From Candidatus Hydrogenedentota bacterium (GTDB lineage: Bacteria; Hydrogenedentota; Hydrogenedentia; Hydrogenedentales; SLHB01): a stretch of DNA of 64,000 bases. Positions 9,633 through 21,016 of the stretch are shown piece after piece. How positions within the stretch are numbered: position 1 is the stretch's first letter; every line of letters starts with the position of its first letter. A program made the translations under genes and the position numbers. The stretch is from contig JARKSN010000316.1 in NCBI GenBank assembly GCA_029974275.1, forward strand, positions 8,125 to 72,124. Reading direction: 5' to 3'. Below the pieces are notes generated by a model. That model had not been told where the DNA came from and ran no database searches. It saw nothing but the letters and a program-made list of their open reading frames with translations.

Positions 9633-9743
9633 GTCATCGCGAGGGGCGATGCGGGGCGCGACGAAGTCTCATCGCATCAGAGCCCTCGCGCCTCGGGGCA
9701 GTATTCCTGATGATTCCGATTGCTTCGCTTCGCGCGCAATGAC
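9633..9743. repeat. Palindromic REP/RPE-like intergenic element
   Basis: Begins GTCATCGCGAGG and ends GATTGCTTCGCTTCGCGCGCAATGAC (terminal inverted repeat, 1 mismatch); internal GCGATGCG...CATCGC stem; just after a stop codon. Confidence 0.65.
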
Positions 9744-9913
9744 CAGAAGCACGGTTTGGTGTGAAGAATGCGTGCCTTTGGCGGGGACGGCGTGCGAACC
9801 GACGAATTGGACCTGTCACAGCACTAACGCTACGCACCAAGGTGAAGACTCTTCGGCAACGAGGCCGTGTCGCGCTAGCCGGACTAGCGCGTGGCGGATG
9901 AGGTGTTCGACGC

Positions 9914-11809
9914 ATGCAAAGACAGACATTAGCTTTACTGGGCGTGCTGTTTCTGGCGGCAGCGCTGTTTCTGGTCAACCTGGGCGGCTACGACCTGTGG
10001 CCGCCGGATGAACCGCGATTCGCGCAGATCGCCCGCGAGATGCTGCAGTCGAGGGACTTCATCGTTCCCCACATCAACAACGAGGTGTACAGCGAGAAGC
10101 CTCCGATGCTCATGTGGGCCATCGCGGCGGTGTCGGCGCCGTTCGGCGACGTGAGCGAATGGACCGCGCGTTTCCCCTCCGTGGTGTCGGCGCTGGTCAC
10201 GGTCTTGTTCACGTATCTGTTGGCGCGGCGTCTCTACGGGCCGTGCGTCGCCGTGTGGTCGGGCCTCGTGTTGACGACGATGGCCCTGTTCTGGTGGGAA
10301 GCGCGATCGGTTCGCACAGACATGATGCTCACTGCGTGCCTCACCGTCTGCCTCTATGCGTTCTGGCGATGGCATCGCGAACGCAGCGCTGGCATGTTGG
10401 TATTGTTCTATACCGCGCTCGCCGTTGCGCTCTTGGTGAAAGGCCCGCCCGCGCTGGTGTTCACGACCCTGCTCGTCTTCGCGTTCTATTGGGGACAAAA
10501 AGACGAGCGCATTCAGTTCCACTACTTCATCGGTCTGCTCGTCGCCGCCGTGCCGGTCGTGCTCTGGCTTGGCCTGAAACACTTAAGCGCGCCCGCCGTC
10601 GCGGAAGGCGATGTGGCCGTGAGCGACAACCTCTTCCGCCAGACCATCGGGCGCTTCTTCCTGGGTGTGAGCCACGCGCAGTGGCCGTGGTACTACTTCA
10701 TCAACCTGCCCATCAACTGGTTGCCGTGGTCGTTGCTGTTGCCGTGGACCCTGCCGTGGGTGTGGAAGAAGCGCCACGAAGACGACCGCATGCGGCTGCT
10801 GCTCGCGTGGATGGTGCCCGCGTTCATCTTCTTCACCATTTGCATCGGCAAACGCCCGGTCTACCTGATCCCCATCTATCCCGTGGCTGCGATCCTGTTC
10901 GCGCGCAGCGCCCAGGAACTTCTGGAAAGGCCGCATGAGCGACTGCGCAGAATTTTGGCCCTGGGATGGCTGCAGATTCCAAACGTTATAGTTCTGGCAC
11001 TGTTTTCGGTAATGATAAGTCTGGAATACGGAGATCGTTTCCGGTTCCTCAGCCCTATCGCACAATTCGGCGAGCACTTGCCACGCACATATGTAACGTT
11101 CTGCGCTGTGCTCATGTTGGCAACTGTGCTCCTAACGATTTGGACCATTGTCGAGTCAGCGCGCAACATTCGATCTTTATTTGCGGGAAGTTTCTTTTTG
11201 TTCGCAGTAGCTAGCGCGTTGTGGGGGCTTCCGCTCCTAGACGAACACAAAGGCGCGAAGGATTTCTGTGCGCCGCTGCGGCAGCTTTCGGAGAAGCAAG
11301 TCGATTACCGTCTCTACTCGGTCGGGGTATCGCGCGAGGAGTACATTTTTTATAGCAAGCACGTACACGTGCCGGTGCTGATGGACTTGTTGCCCATTCC
11401 GCAGCAGCCCAGCATGAAGCCCATGGACATGGTCAAGCTACAGCGCACCTTGCGCAAACGTATTGCCAAGGCGGTTGAAAGCCACCCCATCGACGCTGGC
11501 GCCGCGCTCACCGACCAGGACCTTTTGGCGTTGCGCGCGGTGGTGCACGAAGCGGTGGTGGACGCGAAGATAGACCCTGTGCTGACGTCCGAGTTCGAGA
11601 AGGCGCTTGCCGACGCGCTGAACGCGTTTGCCGACACGATGCTCGAACCCAGCCCCGCGTTTTTCTTTGTGCAAGAAGAAGACTGGCGCTGGATACTGCC
11701 GTTGTGTCCGCGTTTGCACGCGTTGACGGTGCTCAAGTATGCGCGGGTCGGCAGCCGCAAGATGCTTATTGTCGCCAACGACGCAGGCGACCGGGCGATG
11801 AATCCGTGA
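9914..11809 (+). CDS. ArnT/GT39-like polytopic glycosyltransferase
   Basis: DEPRFAQIAREM, EKPPML.W, EWTARFPS, LVKGP, H.QWPWYY, KRPVYLIP; many TM segments. Confidence 0.88.
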   Translation: MQRQTLALLGVLFLAAALFLVNLGGYDLWPPDEPRFAQIAREMLQSRDFIVPHINNEVYSEKPPMLMWAIAAVSAPFGDVSEWTARFPSVVSALVTVLFTYLLARRLYGPCVAVWSGLVLTTMALFWWEARSVRTDMMLTACLTVCLYAFWRWHRERSAGMLVLFYTALAVALLVKGPPALVFTTLLVFAFYWGQKDERIQFHYFIGLLVAAVPVVLWLGLKHLSAPAVAEGDVAVSDNLFRQTIGRFFLGVSHAQWPWYYFINLPINWLPWSLLLPWTLPWVWKKRHEDDRMRLLLAWMVPAFIFFTICIGKRPVYLIPIYPVAAILFARSAQELLERPHERLRRILALGWLQIPNVIVLALFSVMISLEYGDRFRFLSPIAQFGEHLPRTYVTFCAVLMLATVLLTIWTIVESARNIRSLFAGSFFLFAVASALWGLPLLDEHKGAKDFCAPLRQLSEKQVDYRLYSVGVSREEYIFYSKHVHVPVLMDLLPIPQQPSMKPMDMVKLQRTLRKRIAKAVESHPIDAGAALTDQDLLALRAVVHEAVVDAKIDPVLTSEFEKALADALNAFADTMLEPSPAFFFVQEEDWRWILPLCPRLHALTVLKYARVGSRKMLIVANDAGDRAMNP

Positions 11810-11833
11810 GCACATGTTGGCGGAACATTGGGC

Positions 11834-13525
11834 CTATTGCGTGAACGAGTTCGACGTGCTGGTTTTCGACCAGACGGCATAGCCGAGCGCTTCCAGAGTG
11901 TTTGCCGAGGTGAAGTTGGTATAGGTTCCGTACAAGATGTTGCTGGACTGGCGCAGACGCCACACGGTGTCGCCGAAAATGCCCGAGCCGCGCCATGTCC
12001 ACGTGATTGTGTTGCCTGTGACCTGTCCGGTCACGGTAAACAATCTCCGGCTTCTCTCCCCGGCGTACAGGAAGGCTCCCACGCCCGTCAGCGTTCCGTC
12101 GGGGGACTGTCGGCTGATGGTTACCTGCGCAAACTGATCGGCTTGGGGCGTGGAGGCCGTCACCGTGTCAAAATACGCGGCCGTCCACGTGCCTACCTGA
12201 CTCGGGATCGACTCGTACGTCCATTGCGCAACGCCGCGGCTGGCATATCGGCCATTGACGTCAAAGAACTGGTAGGTTCCCAGCAATGCCGAGCCCGTCA
12301 CCTCGAGGTTCCACTCGTAATGGCTGGCATTTCCGCGATCGCGCAAATCCAATCGCGCTTGTGAACCCACAAAAGAGCCGTTCGTCACATCATAGATGCG
12401 ATAGACGGGCTGACGGGCCGATTCATCGAGAATCTGAGCCGTTCCCGTCACCATGCCGTTGCTTTGCGCTTGAAGCGACATCGTCGCGAGGTAGGCGCTT
12501 CGCGTCTGATTCGCCGGATTGGCGACCGACGTGTCTTCGAACGCAGCTGTCCACGCATGCGTAATCGTGGAAGGGCCCGTGATAGAGGCCCGGTGCCAGG
12601 TGACCGTGCCTGCGCTGACCAACGAAGCGCCCTGCGCGCCGCCAAACAAGGCATACGAACTCAATATGCGATTGCCGTCAAAAACGGCGAACCAATCCAT
12701 GGGCGTGGCATCCAGATCGCCTCCCCCGAACGAAAATCCCAGTTCGGGCAGGCTGAGTGCGCTGCGCGTGATATTGAACCCCTGGGTCTGTGCGACGTCA
12801 TTCTCGCGCACGACCAGCAGATTCCCCGTGCCGTTCAGCGATTGTCCGCTCACCGCCAGCGCGAGTTCCGCAGTCCGATCTTTCTTGTTGGGCGGACCTC
12901 CGGGGATCGAGTCCGTGAAGGCGGCCACCCAGGAATCGTCCAGCGCTGCGTTGACGATGCCATACCACCGCGCCACTCCCGACCGCACGATCTCCCCCTG
13001 AGCGTCGACTGCGGCATACATGCCTACAATCTGACTGCCTGCGCGGCGCAGATGCCAGGTCGGCTCGAAGTCGAAGGGGCCGGACAAGCCCGAGCGGAAG
13101 ACCAGCGTGGCGTCGTCCCCAGAAGCCGTTCCCGTGACGGTGAAAGTCTTTGGCTCCGTATCGTAGGCAGTTCCGCCCACGCTGAATATGCGCACCACGC
13201 GGCCCGAACCGGAAATGGTTGTGCCGCTCTGCGTAAGCGTCAGGCGCGTGACATACTGATTTTTCCCGGTCGCCGCGGAAATATTCACGATATCATCGCC
13301 ATAGCTGGAGGCCCAACGCCCGCTGAATCGCGTATCCGGCGTGGAAGGCGTGCCTCCGCCTCCTCCTCCGCTCCCGCCCCCGCTGCTATCTCCGGACGGC
13401 TGGTCCACGCCGACGATGTCGCTTTTGCTCCACACATCGCCATCGCCCCCGCAACCGGAAAGCAAAACGCTCGCCGCGCTCAACACGAGACCCAACGCCA
13501 CCGCGGTTATCCATTTCGCAAGCAT
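11834..13525 (-). CDS. Lipoprotein with four tandem beta-barrel-like repeats
   Basis: Lipobox LLSGC, Gly-rich linker, four ~125-aa repeats starting W-[AVT]-[SA]-[SA]-[YF]-x-D and ending G-x-[AV]-x-W. Confidence 0.75.
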   Translation of the reverse strand: MLAKWITAVALGLVLSAASVLLSGCGGDGDVWSKSDIVGVDQPSGDSSGGGSGGGGGGTPSTPDTRFSGRWASSYGDDIVNISAATGKNQYVTRLTLTQSGTTISGSGRVVRIFSVGGTAYDTEPKTFTVTGTASGDDATLVFRSGLSGPFDFEPTWHLRRAGSQIVGMYAAVDAQGEIVRSGVARWYGIVNAALDDSWVAAFTDSIPGGPPNKKDRTAELALAVSGQSLNGTGNLLVVRENDVAQTQGFNITRSALSLPELGFSFGGGDLDATPMDWFAVFDGNRILSSYALFGGAQGASLVSAGTVTWHRASITGPSTITHAWTAAFEDTSVANPANQTRSAYLATMSLQAQSNGMVTGTAQILDESARQPVYRIYDVTNGSFVGSQARLDLRDRGNASHYEWNLEVTGSALLGTYQFFDVNGRYASRGVAQWTYESIPSQVGTWTAAYFDTVTASTPQADQFAQVTISRQSPDGTLTGVGAFLYAGERSRRLFTVTGQVTGNTITWTWRGSGIFGDTVWRLRQSSNILYGTYTNFTSANTLEALGYAVWSKTSTSNSFTQ

Positions 13526-13585
13526 GCTGTCACCTCTATGGCTATTTCACCGTTCAGCAAAAAACGCGCACAGCCGCGTCGCCCA

Positions 13586-13807
13586 TTACACGGACAGTTC
13601 AAAGTTTTCCCGGATCACACTAGTCGATCCAATCTGCCGCAGGAGTTCTGTGCGATTGCCGCGCACCGTTTCCCGAATGGCGCCCTTCAGCATCTCGCGC
13701 GTTTCCTCGAGGGACGCAGCCTGGCATGTCACATGGGGCATTTCTTCCACCGTGCCCACCCACACCGAGCCGACCTGCCTGAAAACGCCTGTGAATTGGT
13801 AGTGCAT
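13586..13807 (-). CDS. HicB-family antitoxin-like small protein (orphan)
   Basis: 73 aa from ATG 13807 with GGAGG RBS; W.G.V.EMP.VTCQA.SLEE.REML..AI pattern. Confidence 0.72.
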   Translation of the reverse strand: MHYQFTGVFRQVGSVWVGTVEEMPHVTCQAASLEETREMLKGAIRETVRGNRTELLRQIGSTSVIRENFELSV

Positions 13808-13856
13808 ACCCTTCGCCTCCTGGCTTTGGACTCTCCTGTCTGGGATGGCGCTTTGG

Positions 13857-14873
13857 CTACCGACACGCCGAATTAACCGCCACCATTTTACCTGATCGGG
13901 CGGATGCATACGCAGCGACCGTCACCTCGACGGCGCGCAAGCCGTCCTCGCCGGTGATGGCGGGATCTCGCCGTTCTCGCACCGCGTCAACAAAATCGCG
14001 CACCAGGCCTTGATCGCTGTCGCCGCCCCAGTATGCCCAGAAACCCTTGCCGACATCGTCGCTGTAAACGCCAATTTTCTGATTAAACGCATCCACCGCC
14101 ACGACCCCTTTTTCGGCGACGATCTCGAGGGTTACATCGCCCCAGATCGGAAAAGTGCGCGCGCGGTTCCAACTCGCGATGTGGGAGACGATGATGCCGC
14201 CTTCCATCTCGAGGTGCAGGCTTCCCGTGTCGTCTGTGCCGATGCCCTTGTGGATGACGTTGCCGCACTCGCAATAGACCTTCGTGAACTCCTTGCCGGT
14301 CATCCAACGAACCAAGTCGATCACATGCACCGTGTGGTCCATCACCGCGCCGCCGCCGGAAAGATCGGTCTTCGCGAACCAGCCGCCCGGGAACTGGCCA
14401 TGGTTCGTGCAGGACATCGCGTAGATATCGCCCAGCGCCCCAGAGGCCGTTTGCGCGCGCACGGCCTTGATCGCCGGGATGTAGCGGCAGGGGAACGCCG
14501 TGCCCAAACCAACCTTTGCCTTGCGACACGCGGCTATCATGGCTTTTGCGTCGGCTACGGTCGTCGCCAAGGGTTTCTCGCACAGCACCCACTTGCCTGC
14601 TTTTGCGGCGGCCTCGACCATCGCGCGATGGTTGACGTTTTCCGACGTGACGATCACGCCCTGCGTGTCCATCGCGAGAAACTTGTTCATGTCCTTCACG
14701 AACGGCACGCCCAACTGCTCCGCCATCGCGCGGCCACGTTTGGCGTTGTCGTCCCAGATCGCGGTCAACGCGACATCGGTCATGCCCTTCAGCGCGTGCG
14801 CATACGACCACGCATGCATATGCGCAAAGCTCATGATGCCGATTTTCATCGCGGGAATGTCTGTCATGATCAT
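13857..14873 (-). CDS. Gfo/Idh/MocA family oxidoreductase
   Basis: KIGIMSFAHMHA, VLCEKPLA, GGGAVMDHTVH; start overlaps the upstream stop (ATGA). Confidence 0.9.
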   Translation of the reverse strand: MIMTDIPAMKIGIMSFAHMHAWSYAHALKGMTDVALTAIWDDNAKRGRAMAEQLGVPFVKDMNKFLAMDTQGVIVTSENVNHRAMVEAAAKAGKWVLCEKPLATTVADAKAMIAACRKAKVGLGTAFPCRYIPAIKAVRAQTASGALGDIYAMSCTNHGQFPGGWFAKTDLSGGGAVMDHTVHVIDLVRWMTGKEFTKVYCECGNVIHKGIGTDDTGSLHLEMEGGIIVSHIASWNRARTFPIWGDVTLEIVAEKGVVAVDAFNQKIGVYSDDVGKGFWAYWGGDSDQGLVRDFVDAVRERRDPAITGEDGLRAVEVTVAAYASARSGKMVAVNSACR

Positions 14874-15847
14874 AGTTTCACCACCTTGCCCGTCTTCGCC
14901 GATTCCAGTGCGCCCAGAGCCATTTTCACCGCCGCCATTCCGTCTTCCGGCGTCACGCGCGGCGTGTTCTTCCCTTCGATCCAGCCAATGAAATCGCGCC
15001 ACTCGAGTTCATAGGGGCTGACGTCCACCGGACTTTCCGGCACGATCATCGTTGCCCCCTCGCCCGGTTTCGCGCGCATCATCGTCGAGATCGGAGCCTC
15101 GTTGCTGTCGAACGACACCATGCCCTTCTCGCCGCAGACCTCCGCACGCACGCGAAAACCGCCGGGATGCGCCCATGTGCCCACCACATTCGCAATGATG
15201 CCGTTTTTCATGCGGAAGGTCGCCAGGCTATAGTCCAGCTTTTCCGGCTCGCTGCGTTGAATGGCTTGGCAGAAGACGCGATCGGGTTCGCCGAAGACAT
15301 ACCGAATCCAATCGAAATCATGGATAATCGTGTCCATGGTGACCCCGCCGCTCTGCGCATAGTCGTGGAACCAGGCCTTCTCGCCCAGCGGAAAAATGCC
15401 GCCGCGATAGGTTTTCACAAAACCGGGCTTGCCAATCACGCCCGCCTGGACCTTCTCGCGAATGGCCTCGAACTCCTGGAAATAGCGAACGACGTGTCCG
15501 ACAAACAGCTTGATTTTTGCCTTCTTGGCCGCCGCGATGGCTTCCTTGCACTCGGCGATCGTCCGGCAAAACGGCTTCTCGCAGAAAATGTTTTTCCCCG
15601 CCTGCGCCGCGGCCGCCACGAACGGAAAATGGTTGGGCGTCGACGTGCACACCGCGACGATGTCCACGTCTTTCCGCGCCGCCGCCTCGATGCCGTTCGT
15701 GGTCGCGTCCGCGCCAAATGTCGTGGCCAGCGCCTCGGCCTTGGCCGCAGCCGTATCCGCGCACACCACGACGTTCAAGCCGATCGCCCGGACGATGTGG
15801 GCGTGCATCGTTCCCATTCCTCCGCAACCAATCACCGCTACGTTCAT
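14870..15847 (-). CDS. Gfo/Idh/MocA family oxidoreductase
   Basis: VAVIGCGGMG, IFCEKP, SGGVTMDTIIHDFD. Confidence 0.9.
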   Translation of the reverse strand: MNVAVIGCGGMGTMHAHIVRAIGLNVVVCADTAAAKAEALATTFGADATTNGIEAAARKDVDIVAVCTSTPNHFPFVAAAAQAGKNIFCEKPFCRTIAECKEAIAAAKKAKIKLFVGHVVRYFQEFEAIREKVQAGVIGKPGFVKTYRGGIFPLGEKAWFHDYAQSGGVTMDTIIHDFDWIRYVFGEPDRVFCQAIQRSEPEKLDYSLATFRMKNGIIANVVGTWAHPGGFRVRAEVCGEKGMVSFDSNEAPISTMMRAKPGEGATMIVPESPVDVSPYELEWRDFIGWIEGKNTPRVTPEDGMAAVKMALGALESAKTGKVVKL

Positions 15848-16047
15848 GTCATCTCTCCCTGACCCGACTCGATAAACGCCTTCCGCCTCATGAATTCGTC
15901 CGGATCGTATCCTCATTTACACACTCCGATCAATCGTTTGTGTCTGGGGGCAACGAGGCGACCCTGGCAGGGACTGACCTCTCGATACCGTACCTGAAAG
16001 AGTTACATAAAGTCTTTTCGGCTGCCTTCCTGCTGTCCCTGTCTGAA

Positions 16048-16056
16048 TGCTACAAT
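16048..16056 (+). promoter_or_regulatory. Extended -10 element (TGnTACAAT) 6 nt upstream of the recF ATG; leaderless candidate
   Basis: TGC-TACAAT-GCGCGC-ATG with no SD. Confidence 0.55.
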
Positions 16057-16062
16057 GCGCGC

Positions 16063-17136
16063 ATGCATCTGGTTGCGCTACAGGCGTCAGGATTTCGGAG
16101 CCTGACGGGGATTGATTTCCAGCCTACTCCAGGATTGAATGTCATTCGGGGGCATAATGCCCAGGGGAAGACGTCGCTCCTGGAGGCGTTGCTGTTTTTG
16201 GCGACGTCGAAGAGTCATCGCACGAATATCGAAGCGGAATTGGTGCGGGATTCGGACGTGGGCTTCCAACTCCGGTGCCGGGTGCAGCGCTGCGACCGCG
16301 AGGTGGTCACGGAGGCGAACTGGTTCAAGGGCGTCAAACGCTTCAGGGTCAACGGCGTCTCGCAACCGCGCACGAGTGATATCCTCGGCAAGGTGAATGT
16401 CGTGTTCTTCTCGCCGGAGGACGCGGCGCTGGTGCGTGGGTCGGCGTCGAACCGGCGACGATTTCTCGATATGGAGTTGTCGCAGCTTAGTCCCGGTTAC
16501 CTCTTTGCTCTCCAGCAGTATCGGCAGGTCTTGAAACAGCGCAACGAGCTCTTGCGCGCGTTCAAACCCGATCCGGCCTTGGTCGATGTGTGGGACGATC
16601 AACTCGCGTCGCATGGCGAGGTGTTGATCCACGAGCGCATGGCGTTCGTGCGCGAACTCAGCGCGTTCGCGGCGAAGGCGTATCGGCGTATCGCGGAGAC
16701 GGAAGACCTTGAGGTGCGGTATCAGCCGGACATCCCGCTGGATTCGCCCATCATCGAGGTGCTCAATGAAGCGCGCGAGAGTGACTTGCGCAATCGCGTG
16801 ACGACGCGCGGGCCGCATCGCGACGAGATCGTCTTGTTGGCGGGGGGGCGCGCCGCACGGCAGTTCGCATCGCAAGGGCAACAGCGCACGGCGGCCTTGG
16901 CGCTGAAATTGGCGGAACTCGAACTGGTCAAGGATCGCGTCGGCGAGTATCCTGTCCTGATGCTCGACGACGTGTTGTCGGAACTCGATCTAAAACGGTG
17001 CAAACGGCTGGTCGAGGCGATTCCGCGCGAGGCGCAGTGCCTGTTGACCACGACCGACCTCGAACGCTTGGACTCGATGTTTGGCGTGCCGTGCGCGAAT
17101 TTCTTCATTCAGGGTGGACGCCTTGAAAAGAAATAG
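16063..17136 (+). CDS. recF: DNA replication/repair protein RecF
   Basis: G.NAQGKTSLLEAL, RRRFLD, GPHRDE, ASQGQQR, LMLDDVLSELD; start MHLVALQASGFRS. Confidence 0.96.
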   Translation: MHLVALQASGFRSLTGIDFQPTPGLNVIRGHNAQGKTSLLEALLFLATSKSHRTNIEAELVRDSDVGFQLRCRVQRCDREVVTEANWFKGVKRFRVNGVSQPRTSDILGKVNVVFFSPEDAALVRGSASNRRRFLDMELSQLSPGYLFALQQYRQVLKQRNELLRAFKPDPALVDVWDDQLASHGEVLIHERMAFVRELSAFAAKAYRRIAETEDLEVRYQPDIPLDSPIIEVLNEARESDLRNRVTTRGPHRDEIVLLAGGRAARQFASQGQQRTAALALKLAELELVKDRVGEYPVLMLDDVLSELDLKRCKRLVEAIPREAQCLLTTTDLERLDSMFGVPCANFFIQGGRLEKK

Positions 17137-17467
17137 AAAAAATGATCCCGTCGGCATTGGCGACATCATCGCGGGTCTCAAGAAGACGACCCCGCTGGGC
17201 AAGCAACTCGAACTGGCGCAAATCTGGGAGCGCTGGACGGAAATCGCCGGGCCGAAATTGGCGCCGCACGGGCATCCGTATACGGTCAAAAAAGGGACGC
17301 TGCATATCCATGCCAACAGCCCGGTCTGGGTGCATCGGTACGGCTACGTAAAATGGGATCTTCTCAAAAAGGTGAACCTGATGGCGGGCCACGAATTGAT
17401 CTCCGATATCTTTATTGGGCTGGCCTCGGAAGACCCCAATCCTGCACAAGATAAAGTGGACAAATGA
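17123..17467 (+). CDS. dciA: DUF721/DciA family helicase loader
   Basis: W..W.EIAG..LA.H..P....KG.L.I...SPVW motif; conserved position between recF and gyrB; TTG start inferred. Confidence 0.75.
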   Translation: MKRNRKNDPVGIGDIIAGLKKTTPLGKQLELAQIWERWTEIAGPKLAPHGHPYTVKKGTLHIHANSPVWVHRYGYVKWDLLKKVNLMAGHELISDIFIGLASEDPNPAQDKVDK

Positions 17468-17509
17468 TTTAGATGCCCCAAAATATTGCGATTCCCTCCA
17501 GGGCCGACG

Positions 17510-17538
17510 TTGTATTTGCCTTCCGAATTTGATATACT
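17510..17538 (+). promoter_or_regulatory. Sigma70-type promoter of gyrB
   Basis: TTGTAT-N17-TATACT with TG extended -10. Confidence 0.6.
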
Positions 17539-17573
17539 CCGCTGTTCCCAAAACCAGGCGCAACGCACGGTAG

Positions 17574-20006
<2,433 letters not shown>

Positions 20007-20020
20007 GCGGGAGGTGAGCT

Positions 20021-21016
20021 ATGACTAGCCTGCCATTGTTTGGTTCGGTCCCTGACATTCGTGATCGCTACAAGAAGAACGCAGATGTTGTATTTTTCTG
20101 CGGCGACACGAACCAGTTTCTTCGCGATCTTCCGGACAAGGAAGTCAAGCTCATCATTACGTCGCCGCCGTATAATCTGGGCAAGGCATATGAGGACAAG
20201 GTTGCGCTGCACGACTACTTGGAGTCTCAGCGAGAGACCATCGCGCAATTGCTGCGGGTACTGCGGCAAGACGGGAGTCTGTGTTGGCAGGTCGGAAATT
20301 ACGTGGACAAAGGAGAGGTCTTCCCTCTCGATATTCTGTACTACAGCATGTTCAAGGACATGGGCCTTCATTTGCGTAACAGGATTATCTGGCGGTTTGA
20401 GCATGGGCTTCATGCGTCTCTTCGTTTCTCCGGCAGGTACGAGACGATACTCTGGTTCACGAAAACGAGGCACTACACGTTCAACTTGGACTCCGTCCGT
20501 GTGCCGTCGAAGTACCCGGGCAAGCGACATTATAAGGGGCCAAACAAAGGCAAGCCGTCGTGCAATCCGATGGGAAAGAATCCCTCGGATTACTGGGAGG
20601 TTGTCAAGCAGGATTGGGAAGAAGAGGTCTGGAATATTCCGAACGTGAAATGCAACCATCCCGAGAAGACATCTCATCCTTGCCAATTCCCGGTGGAACT
20701 TGTTGAACGTTGCGTGTTGGCGCTGACCGATCCCGGTGATATTGTCCTTGATCCCTATGCGGGCGTCGGGTCGTCGCTCATCGCAGCACTGAAACATAGT
20801 CGGAAAGCATATGGCGCGGAGAAAGAAGCCGACTACGTCGCCGAAGGAGCCGCGCGGATCAAGGCGTTCTATAATGGGACACTGCGTCTGCGGGAATTGG
20901 GGAAACCCGTCTACACACCTTCCGGGCGCGAGAAAGTATCGCGTCCTCCCGAGGAGTGGGGGGAAGGGACACAAGGACGCTTGTTGGAAGAACAGGGTGA
21001 CTACGGATGCGAGTAG
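20021..21016 (+). CDS. Beta-class amino-DNA methyltransferase (probably N4-cytosine, M.BglII-like)
   Basis: Motif IV ITSPPYN precedes motif I VLDPYAGVGSS; HPCQFPVELVER. Confidence 0.9.
   Translation: MTSLPLFGSVPDIRDRYKKNADVVFFCGDTNQFLRDLPDKEVKLIITSPPYNLGKAYEDKVALHDYLESQRETIAQLLRVLRQDGSLCWQVGNYVDKGEVFPLDILYYSMFKDMGLHLRNRIIWRFEHGLHASLRFSGRYETILWFTKTRHYTFNLDSVRVPSKYPGKRHYKGPNKGKPSCNPMGKNPSDYWEVVKQDWEEEVWNIPNVKCNHPEKTSHPCQFPVELVERCVLALTDPGDIVLDPYAGVGSSLIAALKHSRKAYGAEKEADYVAEGAARIKAFYNGTLRLRELGKPVYTPSGREKVSRPPEEWGEGTQGRLLEEQGDYGCE

Noticed and set aside
15517..16062. 182-aa N-terminal extension of RecF in the ORF track
   Set aside because: Overlaps the antisense oxidoreductase; homology starts at ATG 16063 with a promoter directly upstream.
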